In this document: one piece after another, positions 1 to 10,306 of the stretch
Position numbering within the stretch: position 1 is the stretch's first letter
How the letters are laid out: every line of letters starts with the position of its first letter
Assembly: GCA_900546245.1 (NCBI GenBank)
Contig: URBY01000002.1
Span: 1 to 63,528 of the forward strand
Direction: 5' to 3'
Length of the DNA stretch: 63,528 bases
Source: an uncultured Mycoplasmatota bacterium
GTDB taxonomy: Bacteria; Bacillota_I; Bacilli_A; RF39; UBA660
Translations under genes and position numbers: made by a program
Notes under the pieces: generated by a model
Databases searched by the model: none
Seen by the model: the letters and a program-made list of their open reading frames with translations, nothing else
Told to the model about the DNA's origin: nothing

Positions 1-169
1 ATCAGACTTAATTCCGTTATTTTATTAAAACGGAATTTCAAATAAAAATCCACGTTATAACAAAAAAATCGCTTAAAAGGGTGTAAAAGTTAAAAAATTA
101 TGATATAATTAACTCATCAGCAAAGAGTGAGGCAAAAAACCTCGCTCTTTATATATAATGGAGGTATAT

Positions 170-412
170 ATGCTTGAAAAAATAAAAGAGATGTTAGTTG
201 AACCATTAAAAAAAGAAAATATAGACATTGTAGATGTTTTATATGAAGATGAAGAAGGAGTAAAAAATCTATATATAATTATAGATAAAAAGCCATATGT
301 TGATATAGATACATGTGTGCTTGCAACTAATATAGTTAATCCAATATTAGACAAAGCAGATTTAATAGAAGAAAGTTATGTATTAAATGTATGCTCAAAA
401 GGAGGAGAATAA
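170..412 (+). CDS. rimP: Ribosome maturation factor RimP, N-terminal domain only (short form)
   Basis: Small ORF immediately upstream of nusA, the conserved rimP position. The sequence ends at ...YVLNVCSKGGE, where full-length RimP has the SSPG-type motif followed by a C-terminal domain. A GGAGG RBS favours the ATG at 170 over 158. Confidence 0.6.
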   Translation: MLEKIKEMLVEPLKKENIDIVDVLYEDEEGVKNLYIIIDKKPYVDIDTCVLATNIVNPILDKADLIEESYVLNVCSKGGE

Positions 413-413
413 G

Positions 414-1499
414 ATGAATGGATTAGATTTTATAAGAGCAGTTAAAGCCCTTGCAAAAGAAAGAGGTATTAGTGAAGATGAAATATTTGAATATATGGAA
501 ACAGCACTTCATGCAGCTTTCAAAAAAAATAATAATGCAACAAATAGTAAAGTAAAAATAGATAGAGAAACAGGCGAAATAAAAGTAGTTGCATACAAGG
601 TAGTTGTTGACGAAATAAATATGGAAGATGAAGAAGATGCACAAATCTTACTAGAAGAATTAGGAGATAACCCTAATCATTTAAAAGTAGGAGATGTTAT
701 CGAGGAAGAAGTAACACCAAAAGATTTTGGTAGAGTAGCAGCATCAACTTGTAAACAAGTATTTACACAAAAAGTTCGTGAAGCAGAAAGAGAAAGCATC
801 ATGAAAGAATTCGAAGACAAAGAAGGAGAATTAATGGTAGGTACTTTAGCAAGAGAAGATAAACAAAATTATTATGTAGATCTTGGTAGAGCACACGGAA
901 TTCTTCCAAAATCAGAAATAATTCCTGGTGAAGAATTAGTAATGGGTTCACAAGTTAAAGTATATGTTTCAAAAATAGAACTTGGTCAAAAAGGTGGCCC
1001 AGTTATACTTCTTTCAAGAAGTCATTATGGATTTGTAAAAAGATTATTAGAAAAAGAAATTCCGGAATTAAATGAGGGAATAGTTATTCTTTATAGCGTT
1101 GCAAGAGACCCAGGAAGCAGAAGCAAGATAGCAGTTTATTCAGAAAATGAAAAAGTAGATGCAGTAGGTGCTTGCATTGGTGAAAAAGGAATAAGAATTA
1201 ATAATATCTCTAAGGAACTTAACGGTGAAAAAATTGATGTTGTAGAGTATAGCAAAGATTTAGTTCAATTTATTAAAAATGCTTTATCTCCAGCAAAAGA
1301 TGTTGAAGTATATATATTAGATGATAAGAAAAGTGAAGCATTAGCAGTTGCAGAAGGAGATAATTTATCATTAGCAATTGGTAAAAAAGGACAAAATGTT
1401 AAACTTGCCGCAAGACTTACAAAATGCAAAATTGACGTAAAAACAAGAGAACAAGTTCAAGAAGAAGGAATAAATATTTATAAATATTACGAAGCATAA
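414..1499 (+). CDS. nusA: Transcription termination/antitermination factor NusA
   Basis: MNGLDFIRAVKALAKERGIS... N-terminal domain, then S1 and two KH domains (GACIGEKGIRI, AIGKKGQNVKLA). AAGGAGGAG RBS before the ATG at 414. The track ORF start at 387 overlaps rimP. Confidence 0.95.
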   Translation: MNGLDFIRAVKALAKERGISEDEIFEYMETALHAAFKKNNNATNSKVKIDRETGEIKVVAYKVVVDEINMEDEEDAQILLEELGDNPNHLKVGDVIEEEVTPKDFGRVAASTCKQVFTQKVREAERESIMKEFEDKEGELMVGTLAREDKQNYYVDLGRAHGILPKSEIIPGEELVMGSQVKVYVSKIELGQKGGPVILLSRSHYGFVKRLLEKEIPELNEGIVILYSVARDPGSRSKIAVYSENEKVDAVGACIGEKGIRINNISKELNGEKIDVVEYSKDLVQFIKNALSPAKDVEVYILDDKKSEALAVAEGDNLSLAIGKKGQNVKLAARLTKCKIDVKTREQVQEEGINIYKYYEA

Positions 1500-1510
1500 G
1501 GAGGTTTTTA

Positions 1511-1774
1511 ATGAAAAATAAAAAAATACCACTTAGAACGTGCGTTGTAACAAAAGAAAAATTAGAAAAAAAAGATTTAATTAGGGTTGTCAAAAATAAT
1601 GAAAATGAAGTCTTTGTTGATTTAACAGGTAAAGCAAACGGTAGGGGCGCATACATAAAAAAGGATATAGATGTTTTAAATAAAGCAAGAAAATCAAAGA
1701 TTTTAGATAAACATTTAGAAACTACTATTGATGATAGTGTATATGAAAAACTTGAAGAAGTAATAAATCAATAA
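1511..1774 (+). CDS. ylxR: YlxR/RnpM family (DUF448) RNA-binding protein
   Basis: KKIPLRTCVVTKEK..KDLIRVV motif as in Bacillus YlxR. Conserved position after nusA. Confidence 0.85.
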   Translation: MKNKKIPLRTCVVTKEKLEKKDLIRVVKNNENEVFVDLTGKANGRGAYIKKDIDVLNKARKSKILDKHLETTIDDSVYEKLEEVINQ

Positions 1775-1797
1775 AAACGGTATTAGGGGGTAATATT

Positions 1798-2349
1798 TTG
1801 TCAGATAAAAGAGAAAACTATTTATCTTGGGACGAATATTTTATGATGAATGCACTTTTGATATCTGCAAGAAGTAAGGATCCACATAATAGAGTAGGTG
1901 CATGTATAGTAAATTCTGATAATAAAGTTTTATCAGTTGGTTATAATGGTCTTCCAAAAGGTATGAATGATGATACATTTGACTGGGCATCAAGTGGTGA
2001 AATAACAGGAATAAAAAAAGATGTTAAAGACTATTATGTAGTACATGCTGAAAGAAATGCAATATTAAATTATAGGGGTAGCCTAGATGATTTAAAAGGC
2101 AGTACTCTTTATGTAACTTGGTTTCCTTGTACAGAATGCACAAAAGAAATAATTCAAGTAGGTATTAAAAAAGTTGTTTATTTAAGAATGTATTCAAAAA
2201 AAGAATTAGTAGATATAAGCAAAATAATGCTTAATCATGCTGGTGTAGAAGTAGTTTGTTATGGTATAGATGATATTACAAAAGAAGAAGTAGAAAGTGT
2301 AACAGATGATGTATTATCACTTGCTAAAAAACTAGAAAGAAAAAATTAA
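1798..2349 (+). CDS. comEB: dCMP (deoxycytidylate) deaminase, ComEB-like
   Basis: Zinc-deaminase motifs HAERNA and PCTECTKEI. TTG start behind an AGGGGG RBS. Confidence 0.85.
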   Translation: MSDKRENYLSWDEYFMMNALLISARSKDPHNRVGACIVNSDNKVLSVGYNGLPKGMNDDTFDWASSGEITGIKKDVKDYYVVHAERNAILNYRGSLDDLKGSTLYVTWFPCTECTKEIIQVGIKKVVYLRMYSKKELVDISKIMLNHAGVEVVCYGIDDITKEEVESVTDDVLSLAKKLERKN

Positions 2350-2366
2350 AAGGAGGCGAATAGCTT

Positions 2367-4511
2367 ATGATGAGTGTTAAAGAATATGCTTTAGATATAA
2401 ATGTTACAGTTGAAGCAGTAATTAAAAAAGCACAAGAATTAGGTTATGATATTAAAAATGCAGATGATATGTTAGATGAGGACCAAATAATTGATTTGGA
2501 CAATACTTTAACTATGAATGTGAATGAGGAAGAAGAACCGGAATATATAGATGAAATAACTGAAGAAAAGGATTATGATTTAGATGCAGAACTTGAAGAT
2601 AAGGCTGAAGAACTTGCAAGTGCATCTCATATTAGATTTGATGATACTGTAAAAAAGCAAAAATTAAAGAAAAAGTCTGAAGTTCAAAAAGAAGATATGC
2701 ATGCAAAAAGAAAGCAAATGTATAAGAATAAAGAAAAACTTATGCAAAATGAAGCATCTCATGATGATAATATTATAGTTTATAAAGAAGGAATGACAGT
2801 TAGCGAACTTGCTAAAGAATTAAATGTTAATCCAACTGAAGTAATAAAAAAACTAATGAATTTAGGTATAATGGCTAGTTTAAATAATTCACTTAGTTAT
2901 GATGATGTTGAGATGATTGTAATTGATTATGATAAGACATTAAAGAGCTTCGAATCACAAGATAAGACTAATTTTGAAAAATTTGAAGTTAATGATGATC
3001 CAGCATCTTTAGTAGATAGACCAGCAGTTGTAACTATAATGGGACATGTTGATCATGGTAAAACAAGTTTACTTGACTACATTAGAAATAGTCATATTAC
3101 AACTGGTGAATTTGGTGGAATTACACAACATATTGGTGCATATCAAATAGAAAAAAATGGTAAAAAGATAACATTTATAGATACTCCAGGACACGAAGCA
3201 TTTACTGAAATGCGTGCAAGAGGTGCTGCTGTAACAGATATAGTTATTATAATTGTCGCAGCAGACGATGGTGTAATGCCTCAAACGGAAGAAGCAATAG
3301 ATCATGCTAAAGCTGCAGGTGTACCAATAATAGTTGCTATAAATAAAATGGATAAACCAGGTGCAAATCCAGAAAAAATTATGACTGAAATGGCAGCTCG
3401 TGGTCTTACTCCAGAAGAATGGGGTGGAGATGTAATATATCAAAAAATATCTGCATTAACAGGTGAAGGTGTTAGTGATTTATTAGACAGTATTCAACTT
3501 GTTTCAGAAATGAGTGAATTAAAAGCAAATCCAAATAGATATGCCCTAGGTACAGTAATTGAATCAAAACTTGATAAAAATGTTGGTTCAACAGTAACAT
3601 TACTTGTTCAAAATGGAACACTTAGATTAGGTGACCCAATTGTTGTTGGAACAACTTATGGAAAAGTTAGAACTTTAAAAGATGACTTAGGAAGAGAAGT
3701 GGTTGAAGCACTTCCATCTACACCAGTTGAAATAACAGGTTTAAGTGAAGTTCCATCATCTGGAGACAGATTTATGGCTTTTGAAACAGAAAAAGAAGCT
3801 AAAACTATTGCGGAAAATAGAAAAGAACAAGCAAAACTTAAAAATAGTAAAAATAATAAAGCAATTTCCCTAGATGATTTATTTGATAAAATTAAATCAG
3901 GTGTAAAAGAAATAAATGTAATACTTAAAACTGATGTTAAAGGAACAGAAGAAGCAGTTAAAAATTCTTTATCTAAGATAGAAGTTGAAGGTGTTAGAGT
4001 TAATGTAATTAGAAGTGGTGTTGGAACAATTACTGAAAGTGATATAGTACTTGCAAATGCATCTGATGCTATTATAATTGGGTTTAATGTAAGACCAAAT
4101 GCAAAAACTTTAGAAGTTGCAAAAGAATATAATGTAGATATAAGACTTCATAATATTATCTATAAATTAGTTGAAGAAATGGAAAGTGCAATGAAAGGTA
4201 TGCTTGATCCAGAATATGAAGAAAAAGTAATTGGTTCAGCAGAAGTTAGAAAATTATTTAAATTCTCTAAAGTAGGTACTATCGCAGGATGTATGGTAAC
4301 AGACGGAGTAGTAAGATCAAATGCTAAAGCAAGATTAATAAGAGATGGTGTTGTTGTTTATGATGGCGCAATTAATACAATTCAAAAAGAAAAAGATCAA
4401 GCTAAAGAAGTTAAAAAAGGATTTGAATGTGGTATTACTCTTGAAAATTATAATGATATAAAAGAAAAAGATGTAATTGAAGCATATGAAATGGTTGAAA
4501 TAAAAAGGTAG
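2367..4511 (+). CDS. infB: Translation initiation factor IF-2
   Basis: GTPase motifs [17 protein letters not shown] and NKMD. Full-length C-terminal IF-2 domains. Operon position after nusA-ylxR. Confidence 0.97.
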   Translation: MMSVKEYALDINVTVEAVIKKAQELGYDIKNADDMLDEDQIIDLDNTLTMNVNEEEEPEYIDEITEEKDYDLDAELEDKAEELASASHIRFDDTVKKQKLKKKSEVQKEDMHAKRKQMYKNKEKLMQNEASHDDNIIVYKEGMTVSELAKELNVNPTEVIKKLMNLGIMASLNNSLSYDDVEMIVIDYDKTLKSFESQDKTNFEKFEVNDDPASLVDRPAVVTIMGHVDHGKTSLLDYIRNSHITTGEFGGITQHIGAYQIEKNGKKITFIDTPGHEAFTEMRARGAAVTDIVIIIVAADDGVMPQTEEAIDHAKAAGVPIIVAINKMDKPGANPEKIMTEMAARGLTPEEWGGDVIYQKISALTGEGVSDLLDSIQLVSEMSELKANPNRYALGTVIESKLDKNVGSTVTLLVQNGTLRLGDPIVVGTTYGKVRTLKDDLGREVVEALPSTPVEITGLSEVPSSGDRFMAFETEKEAKTIAENRKEQAKLKNSKNNKAISLDDLFDKIKSGVKEINVILKTDVKGTEEAVKNSLSKIEVEGVRVNVIRSGVGTITESDIVLANASDAIIIGFNVRPNAKTLEVAKEYNVDIRLHNIIYKLVEEMESAMKGMLDPEYEEKVIGSAEVRKLFKFSKVGTIAGCMVTDGVVRSNAKARLIRDGVVVYDGAINTIQKEKDQAKEVKKGFECGITLENYNDIKEKDVIEAYEMVEIKR

Positions 4512-4539
4512 CAAAGAAACTAGAATAAGAGGTGTTAAA

Positions 4540-4884
4540 ATGAGTATTAAAACAGAAAGACTTGCAAATTTACTTATTAAAGAAATCAGTTCAATTTTAA
4601 TGACTGAAATAAAAGATGAAGATATTAAATTTGTAACAATAACACATTTAGATTTATCTAGCGATTTATCTTATGCAAAAGTTTATTGTACAGTTTTAAA
4701 TGATGAGAACAGAGATAAATGCATTCATGATTTAAATGGAGCAAAAGGATTTATTAGAAGTGAACTTATGAAAAGAAAATTAGAAATGAGAAAAATACCA
4801 GAACTTCATTTTGTATTTGATGAATCAATAGATTATGGAAATAAAATAGAAAAGATAATAAAAGAAATACATGAAAATGATTAG
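4540..4884 (+). CDS. rbfA: Ribosome-binding factor A
   Basis: 114 aa with typical RbfA sequence (RLANLLIKEIS...VTITHLDLSSDLSYAKVY). Follows infB. Confidence 0.9.
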   Translation: MSIKTERLANLLIKEISSILMTEIKDEDIKFVTITHLDLSSDLSYAKVYCTVLNDENRDKCIHDLNGAKGFIRSELMKRKLEMRKIPELHFVFDESIDYGNKIEKIIKEIHEND

Positions 4885-4886
4885 TA

Positions 4887-4915
4887 TTGACTAAATGCTA
4901 TCTTTATAATAAAAT
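4887..4915 (+). promoter_or_regulatory. Sigma-A type promoter for the tyrS leader (TTGACT-17 nt-TAAAAT)
   Basis: TTGACT at 4887-4892, a 17-nt spacer, and TAAAAT at 4910-4915. Confidence 0.55.
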
Positions 4916-4939
4916 ATAATTGTAATTTGATTGTGATTA

Positions 4940-5131
4940 ATATATAAGTAGTTATTATTTATGAAAAAAGAGACTTAGTGGTTTGCTGAAAACTAAGCAT
5001 AATAATAATGAAATTACAATATTATGAATTAAAGCGTAAATTCATGCGTTAAATGAAAAAAAGAGCATAGAAAAGTCTATGAAGTAAGGTGGTACCGCGA
5101 AAAATTCGTCCTTACATCATAGGCTTTTTTT
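4940..5131 (+). promoter_or_regulatory. T-box riboswitch leader (tyrosyl specificity expected)
   Basis: AGAGA motif at 4969-4973. Candidate UAC specifier at 5015-5017. Canonical T-box AAGGTGGTACCGCG at 5086-5099. Terminator helix CTATGAAGTAAGG / CCTTACATCATAG followed by a U-run ending at 5131. Sits directly upstream of tyrS. Confidence 0.85.
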
Positions 5132-5151
5132 CAGTATTAGGAGGAAAAATT

Positions 5152-6384
5152 ATGAATTTTTATGATGAATTAAAATGGAGAGGTCTTATAAAAGATGAGG
5201 CTGGAGATGATTTAGAAAAAATAATCAATGAAAAAAAGGCATGTTTCTATTGGGGGACAGATCCTACTGCTGATAGCCTTCATATTGGACATTATTCTAG
5301 TTTAGTAACTGCTAAGAGACTTGCAAAAGCAGGATTTCATCCAATATTATTGGTCGGAGGAGCGACTGGTATGATAGGTGATCCAAGACCGACATCAGAA
5401 AGAGAAATTATCTCAAAAGAAACAGTTTTAAATAATGTAGAATCTATAAAAAAACAAGTTGAAAAGATATTTGATGGTAATGTTGAAGTAGTTAATAATT
5501 ATGATTGGTACAAAGATGTTAATATTCTTGATTTTTTAAGAGATACAGGAAAATATATTAATGTTAATTATATGCTTAATAAAGATATTATTAGTAGAAG
5601 ACTTGAAACGGGTATAACTTTTGCAGAGTTTACTTATACATTATTACAAGGTAATGATTTTGTACATTTATATGAAGAAAAAAATTGTATAATGCAAGCT
5701 GCAGGTTCTGATCAATGGGGTAATATTACAACTGGAATTGAATTAATAAACAAAAAATTAGGTAAAAAAGCATACGCATTTACAATGCCTTTAATATTAG
5801 ATTCAAATGGTAAGAAATTTGGAAAATCAGAAGGAAATGCATTATGGCTTGATATAAATAAAACATCAAGCTATGAAATATATCAATATTTAATAAATAG
5901 TAGTGATGAAAAAGTAGAAGAATATTTGAAAGTATTTACATTCTTAAGTAAAGAAGAAATTGAAAAAGTTATGAGCGAACACAATGAATGTCCAGAAAAA
6001 AGAATTGCCCAAAAAACACTTGCAAAAGAAATTATAACTGATTTACATGGTACAGAAGAATATAATAAAGCATTAAAAATAACAGAAGCATTGTTTAGTG
6101 GCGATATTGCATCACTTTCTGAAAGTGAATTAAAAGATGCATTATCAGGAGTCCAAACAGAAACAATAACAGAAGAAATGAATATTGTTGATATGCTTGT
6201 AAACACTAAGATTTTATCAAGTAAAAGAGAAGCAAGAGAATTTATTAATAATGGTTCAATAAGCATAAATGGAGAAAAAATAAATACTACTGATATGCTT
6301 GTAAATAAAGAGAAAGCGTTATATAATAAATATATAGTAGTAAGAAGGGGAAAGAAAAAATACTACTTAGTTATATTTAATTAG
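5152..6384 (+). CDS. tyrS: Tyrosine--tRNA ligase
   Basis: HIGH-type motif (SLHIGH), KFGKS (KMSKS-type) motif and a C-terminal S4 domain. GGAGG RBS before the ATG at 5152. The track start at 5089 lies inside the T-box terminator. Confidence 0.95.
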   Translation: MNFYDELKWRGLIKDEAGDDLEKIINEKKACFYWGTDPTADSLHIGHYSSLVTAKRLAKAGFHPILLVGGATGMIGDPRPTSEREIISKETVLNNVESIKKQVEKIFDGNVEVVNNYDWYKDVNILDFLRDTGKYINVNYMLNKDIISRRLETGITFAEFTYTLLQGNDFVHLYEEKNCIMQAAGSDQWGNITTGIELINKKLGKKAYAFTMPLILDSNGKKFGKSEGNALWLDINKTSSYEIYQYLINSSDEKVEEYLKVFTFLSKEEIEKVMSEHNECPEKRIAQKTLAKEIITDLHGTEEYNKALKITEALFSGDIASLSESELKDALSGVQTETITEEMNIVDMLVNTKILSSKREAREFINNGSISINGEKINTTDMLVNKEKALYNKYIVVRRGKKKYYLVIFN

Positions 6385-6393
6385 GAGGTAAAA

Positions 6394-6750
6394 ATGGCAA
6401 AATTATTTTCAAAAGAAAAAGATATAGTTTTAAAAGTAATTAACTCAATACTTGTGATATGGCTTATTGCGGCCGTTGTAATTACATTTGGAGTGGGAAT
6501 TAAAATAATAAATAAAAATGAAATGTTATCATATACTGATTATTCAAAGCAAATATGTGATTTAGATAAGATTCCTGCAGAAGAAATAGATCAAGATACA
6601 ATAAAGGATAATTGTTACGCAAGTTATATTTCAGAAAAGAAAGATAATGAATCATATAATAATGCAAATGTTAATAATATATTAATATCCTTATCAAACG
6701 TTGTTATAGTTACACTATTCTTGAGTTTATTAAATAAAAAATATAAATAG
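6394..6750 (+). CDS. Hypothetical membrane protein (two predicted TM segments)
   Basis: ORF with an RBS (AGGAGG) and hydrophobic N- and C-terminal segments. No family recognised. Confidence 0.4.
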   Translation: MAKLFSKEKDIVLKVINSILVIWLIAAVVITFGVGIKIINKNEMLSYTDYSKQICDLDKIPAEEIDQDTIKDNCYASYISEKKDNESYNNANVNNILISLSNVVIVTLFLSLLNKKYK

Positions 6751-6813
6751 TCAATAGACTATTTTTTAAATTTAAAAATTTTTATAACATATATGTATAA
6801 AAGAATAAAATAA

Positions 6814-6839
6814 AAAAACCTAGATATTTCTAGGTTTTT
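6814..6839. terminator. Bidirectional rho-independent terminator
   Basis: AAAAACCTAGA-TATT-TCTAGGTTTTT hairpin flanked by A and T runs, between convergent genes. Confidence 0.75.
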
Positions 6840-6840
6840 A

Positions 6841-7443
6841 TTATCTACTATAGAATTCAACGATTAATGCTTCATTTATATCTGAGCTAAGTTCGCTTCT
6901 TTCTGGTAATCTAACATATGTACCTTCAAGTTTATTCTTATCGAAAGTAACAAATTCAACAGTATTGTTGATAGCTTCTAAAGCTTCTTTAATAGCTTTA
7001 TGATCTTTTGATGATTCTTTAACACTAATTACATCACCAGGTTTAACCATATATGAAGGAATATCAACTTTTTTACCATTTACTAAGATATGTCCATGGT
7101 TAACAATTTGTCTTGCACCTCTTCTTGTTCTAGAAAGTCCCATTCTATAAACTATGTTATCTAATCTACTTTCAAGAAGTCTTAAGAAGTTTTCACCATG
7201 AATACCTTGCATTTTACCAGCTTTATTAAATAATAGTCTGAATTGTTTTTCATTTAAACCATAAGTAAATTTAACTTTTTGTTTTTCGTTTAATTGGATA
7301 GAGTAGTTAGAAGCTTTTGCTTTTCTATCTTGTCCGTGTTGACCAGGTTTATATGGTCTTTTAGCTAAATCTTTACCATTTTCAAGTGTTGAGAAACCAA
7401 CTCTACGACTTTTCTTATTAGCAGGTCCTGTGTATCTTGACAT
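6841..7443 (-). CDS. rpsD: 30S ribosomal protein S4
   Basis: [17 protein letters not shown]... and an S4 RNA-binding domain. Full length, 200 aa. Confidence 0.97.
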   Translation of the reverse strand: MSRYTGPANKKSRRVGFSTLENGKDLAKRPYKPGQHGQDRKAKASNYSIQLNEKQKVKFTYGLNEKQFRLLFNKAGKMQGIHGENFLRLLESRLDNIVYRMGLSRTRRGARQIVNHGHILVNGKKVDIPSYMVKPGDVISVKESSKDHKAIKEALEAINNTVEFVTFDKNKLEGTYVRLPERSELSSDINEALIVEFYSR

Positions 7444-7640
7444 TTTCCTTTTCCTCCTTTACTAGATTTCAAACTTTAAGTATTATACTTGCCAATATAT
7501 AGGGTGTTATATTTTAATATGTTCCATCGTGCGTAGCTTTTAAAAGGGCACGGTACTAATAATACTGTTACGTATATAACGCATTACATATTTCAAGTAA
7601 CTGCTACAAAATGTTTGCACACATATTATAACATAAAATA
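7444..7640 (-). promoter_or_regulatory. Possible rpsD 5' leader (S4 autoregulatory region)
   Basis: Long untranslated region upstream of rpsD that is locally more GC-rich (CCGTGCCC...GCACGATGG). S4 autoregulates via its leader in Bacillus. No structure was verified here. Confidence 0.3.
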
Positions 7641-7733
7641 ATAAATAGTCAAACATAATATTAATAAATTAACAGCAAAAATAGTAGAAAAATACAATAT
7701 TTTGTGATAAAATGTAAATAATAGAGGTGAATT

Positions 7734-9446
7734 ATGAATAATGTTCTTTTTATATTTACAATTTACATAGTAACTATCATTATTTTAATAGTAATTTTTG
7801 CACTTAGAAATTCTAAGCAAAATAAAAAATTAAAAGAATCTATTAGTGAACTTGAAAAAGAAAAAAATTTGATAATTAATGCACCTATTTTAAATGAGTT
7901 ATCAAAGGTTGAAGCATTAGTTAAAGATGATAAGTTAAAATATAAATATGATAATTGGCAACATAAATTTGATGATATAAGAAATATTTATATTCCTAAG
8001 GTAACAGATATGCTTCTTGATGCTGATGATTTAGTTGCAAGAAAAAAGTATAAAGAACTTAAAACCTTACTCGCTGATATAGAATTAAAAATTTATAGAC
8101 TTAGAGAAAAGACAAATACATTATTATCAGAAATAAAAGAAATAACATTAAGTGAAGAAAAAAATAGAAATCAAATTGTAAAACTAAAAAACAAATATAG
8201 AGGAATAAAACAAGATTACGAAAAAAATAAGGCTGATTATAAACCAGTAAATAATCAAATAGAACTTCAATTTGAAAACATTGAAAAAAGATTTCAAGAG
8301 TTTGAAATTGTAATGGAAAAGAAAGATTATGACGAGATAAATTATTTAGTAAAAGGTATTACTGAAATGATTGATCATATTGAATATGTCGTAAAAGAAG
8401 TTCCAGCAATTTTAATTATGTGTAATGAATTAATACCAGGAAAGATTGAGGATATTTCAAGTTTATATATAAAAATGACAAGAGAATTGTATCAACTTGA
8501 TTATTTAAATGTTGAATATAATATTAAAGAAACTGAAAAAAAAGTAAAAGATGTTTTAGATAGAGTTAAAGTTTTAAATTTAGAAGATGTTGTATTTGAA
8601 CTTAAAACAATAGTTAATTATTATGATTCTTTATATAGTGATTTTGAATATGAAAAAATATGCAAAAAAACATTTGAATCTAATGTAAAATCATTTAAAA
8701 CAAAGTTAATAAGAACAAATAAAATTATAAGCAATTTAATGGGTCAAATAGATTCTTTATCAGAAACATATGATTTAAAAGAAGAAGATGTAAAGAGATT
8801 AAATATAATCAATGATGAGACTAGAAAAATTAAAGATAGCTATAATAATTTAATGGATTGTAGTAAAAATCATACATTTCCATATTCTAAACTTGTAAAA
8901 GAACTTGACGTGTTAATGATTAAAGTATCAAAACTTGAAGAATCTCTTAATTATGATTTAAAAACTATAGGTAGTATGAAAGATGATGAGATAAGAGCAA
9001 GAGAACAACTTGATAATATTAAAAATTTGCTTAAAAAAGCAAAGAATAGAATTAGACTTTATAATATTCCAGTTATTCCAGATAATTACTTTGTAGAACT
9101 TCAAGATGCATCTGATGCAATTAAAGAAATACAAAAAGAGTTAAACAAAAAACCTATAAATATAGAAACACTTAATATAAGAGTTGATACAGCAAGAGAT
9201 CTTGTTTTCAAAGTATTTAATACAACAAATAGTTTACTTAAAACAATAGTGATGTTCGAAGAAACTTTTGTTTACGGAAATAGATACAGAAGTTATAAAG
9301 AAAAAGTTAATGAAGGTTTAAATTTTGCTGAAAAATTATTCTTTAAAGGTGAATATAAAAAGGCTTTAGAAGTAACTATGAATGCAATAGATTATGTTGA
9401 ACCAGGAATACACAATAAAATAATGAAAGCATATAACGAAAATTAG
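7734..9446 (+). CDS. ezrA: Septation ring formation regulator EzrA
   Basis: 570 aa with a single N-terminal TM helix and then a long coiled-coil-like K/E-rich sequence. Size, architecture and the neighbourhood (rpsD, tyrS) match Bacillus ezrA. Confidence 0.75.
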   Translation: MNNVLFIFTIYIVTIIILIVIFALRNSKQNKKLKESISELEKEKNLIINAPILNELSKVEALVKDDKLKYKYDNWQHKFDDIRNIYIPKVTDMLLDADDLVARKKYKELKTLLADIELKIYRLREKTNTLLSEIKEITLSEEKNRNQIVKLKNKYRGIKQDYEKNKADYKPVNNQIELQFENIEKRFQEFEIVMEKKDYDEINYLVKGITEMIDHIEYVVKEVPAILIMCNELIPGKIEDISSLYIKMTRELYQLDYLNVEYNIKETEKKVKDVLDRVKVLNLEDVVFELKTIVNYYDSLYSDFEYEKICKKTFESNVKSFKTKLIRTNKIISNLMGQIDSLSETYDLKEEDVKRLNIINDETRKIKDSYNNLMDCSKNHTFPYSKLVKELDVLMIKVSKLEESLNYDLKTIGSMKDDEIRAREQLDNIKNLLKKAKNRIRLYNIPVIPDNYFVELQDASDAIKEIQKELNKKPINIETLNIRVDTARDLVFKVFNTTNSLLKTIVMFEETFVYGNRYRSYKEKVNEGLNFAEKLFFKGEYKKALEVTMNAIDYVEPGIHNKIMKAYNEN

Positions 9447-9455
9447 GAGGAAAAG

Positions 9456-10253
9456 ATGGATAGAGTACAGGAAGAACTAGAAAATAAAAGATTAAATGCT
9501 AAAAATAAAGTTTATGATGTAGATAAAATTAATGAAGAATCACTTAGTAAGAAATATGATTTTGAAGATGAATATCTATCAGATAACGCTAAAAAAGAAA
9601 AAAAACAAGAAATATTAAAAAAACAAAATAAGAGAACTACTAAAAAAAGAAAATTTATACCATTTATAATTGGTAGTTTAGCAGTTGCACTTGTTGGTAC
9701 AGGAGCATATAATTTAGGTAAACAAAAGGGAACAAAAGAACAAGAAGAAAAGATATTTGAAACAATTGCTAGAACTTGTAATATTTCAAATGCACAACCT
9801 CAAATATTAAATGCGTGGGCAAATGATTCTATTGGAAAATTAGAAAAATATGTTGAAAATACTGGTATAAGAAATGGTAATGAAGTTTTAGAAAATATAA
9901 AAAGTGAATATCTTTCTAAAGTTGTTTTGGATTATGAAAATTTCATTGATTCAAATGGTAATATCGATGAATATAATAAGCTTATTGATGATTCTAAAAA
10001 ACTAGAAAATAGACTTAATGATACTGGATATAATATAGATTTTTCATTTAGTAATTCTGATTATGCGTATATGGTATTGGTTGATCCAAATAATCATATT
10101 GTAAATAATTTAACTACAGATCAAAATTTATCAATGTATGTTGCTGATGAATTTTATAATGGTGAATCATTTAGTGCTGATTCAATACTTTCTAATGATG
10201 GTATAGTTTATTCACCATATGAAAAAGAAGAAAATGTAAAAACATTAAATTAG
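9456..10253 (+). CDS. Hypothetical single-pass membrane protein
   Basis: Basic N-terminal region, one TM (FIPFIIGSLAVALVGTGAY) and an extracytoplasmic domain. No family recognised. Confidence 0.4.
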   Translation: MDRVQEELENKRLNAKNKVYDVDKINEESLSKKYDFEDEYLSDNAKKEKKQEILKKQNKRTTKKRKFIPFIIGSLAVALVGTGAYNLGKQKGTKEQEEKIFETIARTCNISNAQPQILNAWANDSIGKLEKYVENTGIRNGNEVLENIKSEYLSKVVLDYENFIDSNGNIDEYNKLIDDSKKLENRLNDTGYNIDFSFSNSDYAYMVLVDPNNHIVNNLTTDQNLSMYVADEFYNGESFSADSILSNDGIVYSPYEKEENVKTLN

Positions 10254-10306
10254 AAAATGAGTAATCATTTCTTTTTTTATTTCATAAAATTTATTAGGTG
10301 ATTAAT

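Noticed and set aside
122-150. Hairpins at 11-36 (ATTCCGTT/AACGGAAT) and 122-150 (AAAGAGTGAGG/CCTCGCTCTTT) upstream of rimP were considered as a riboswitch or attenuator.
   Set aside because: These are simple stem-loops without a recognisable conserved motif. They are most simply terminators of the upstream, off-window gene. There is too little context at the window edge.
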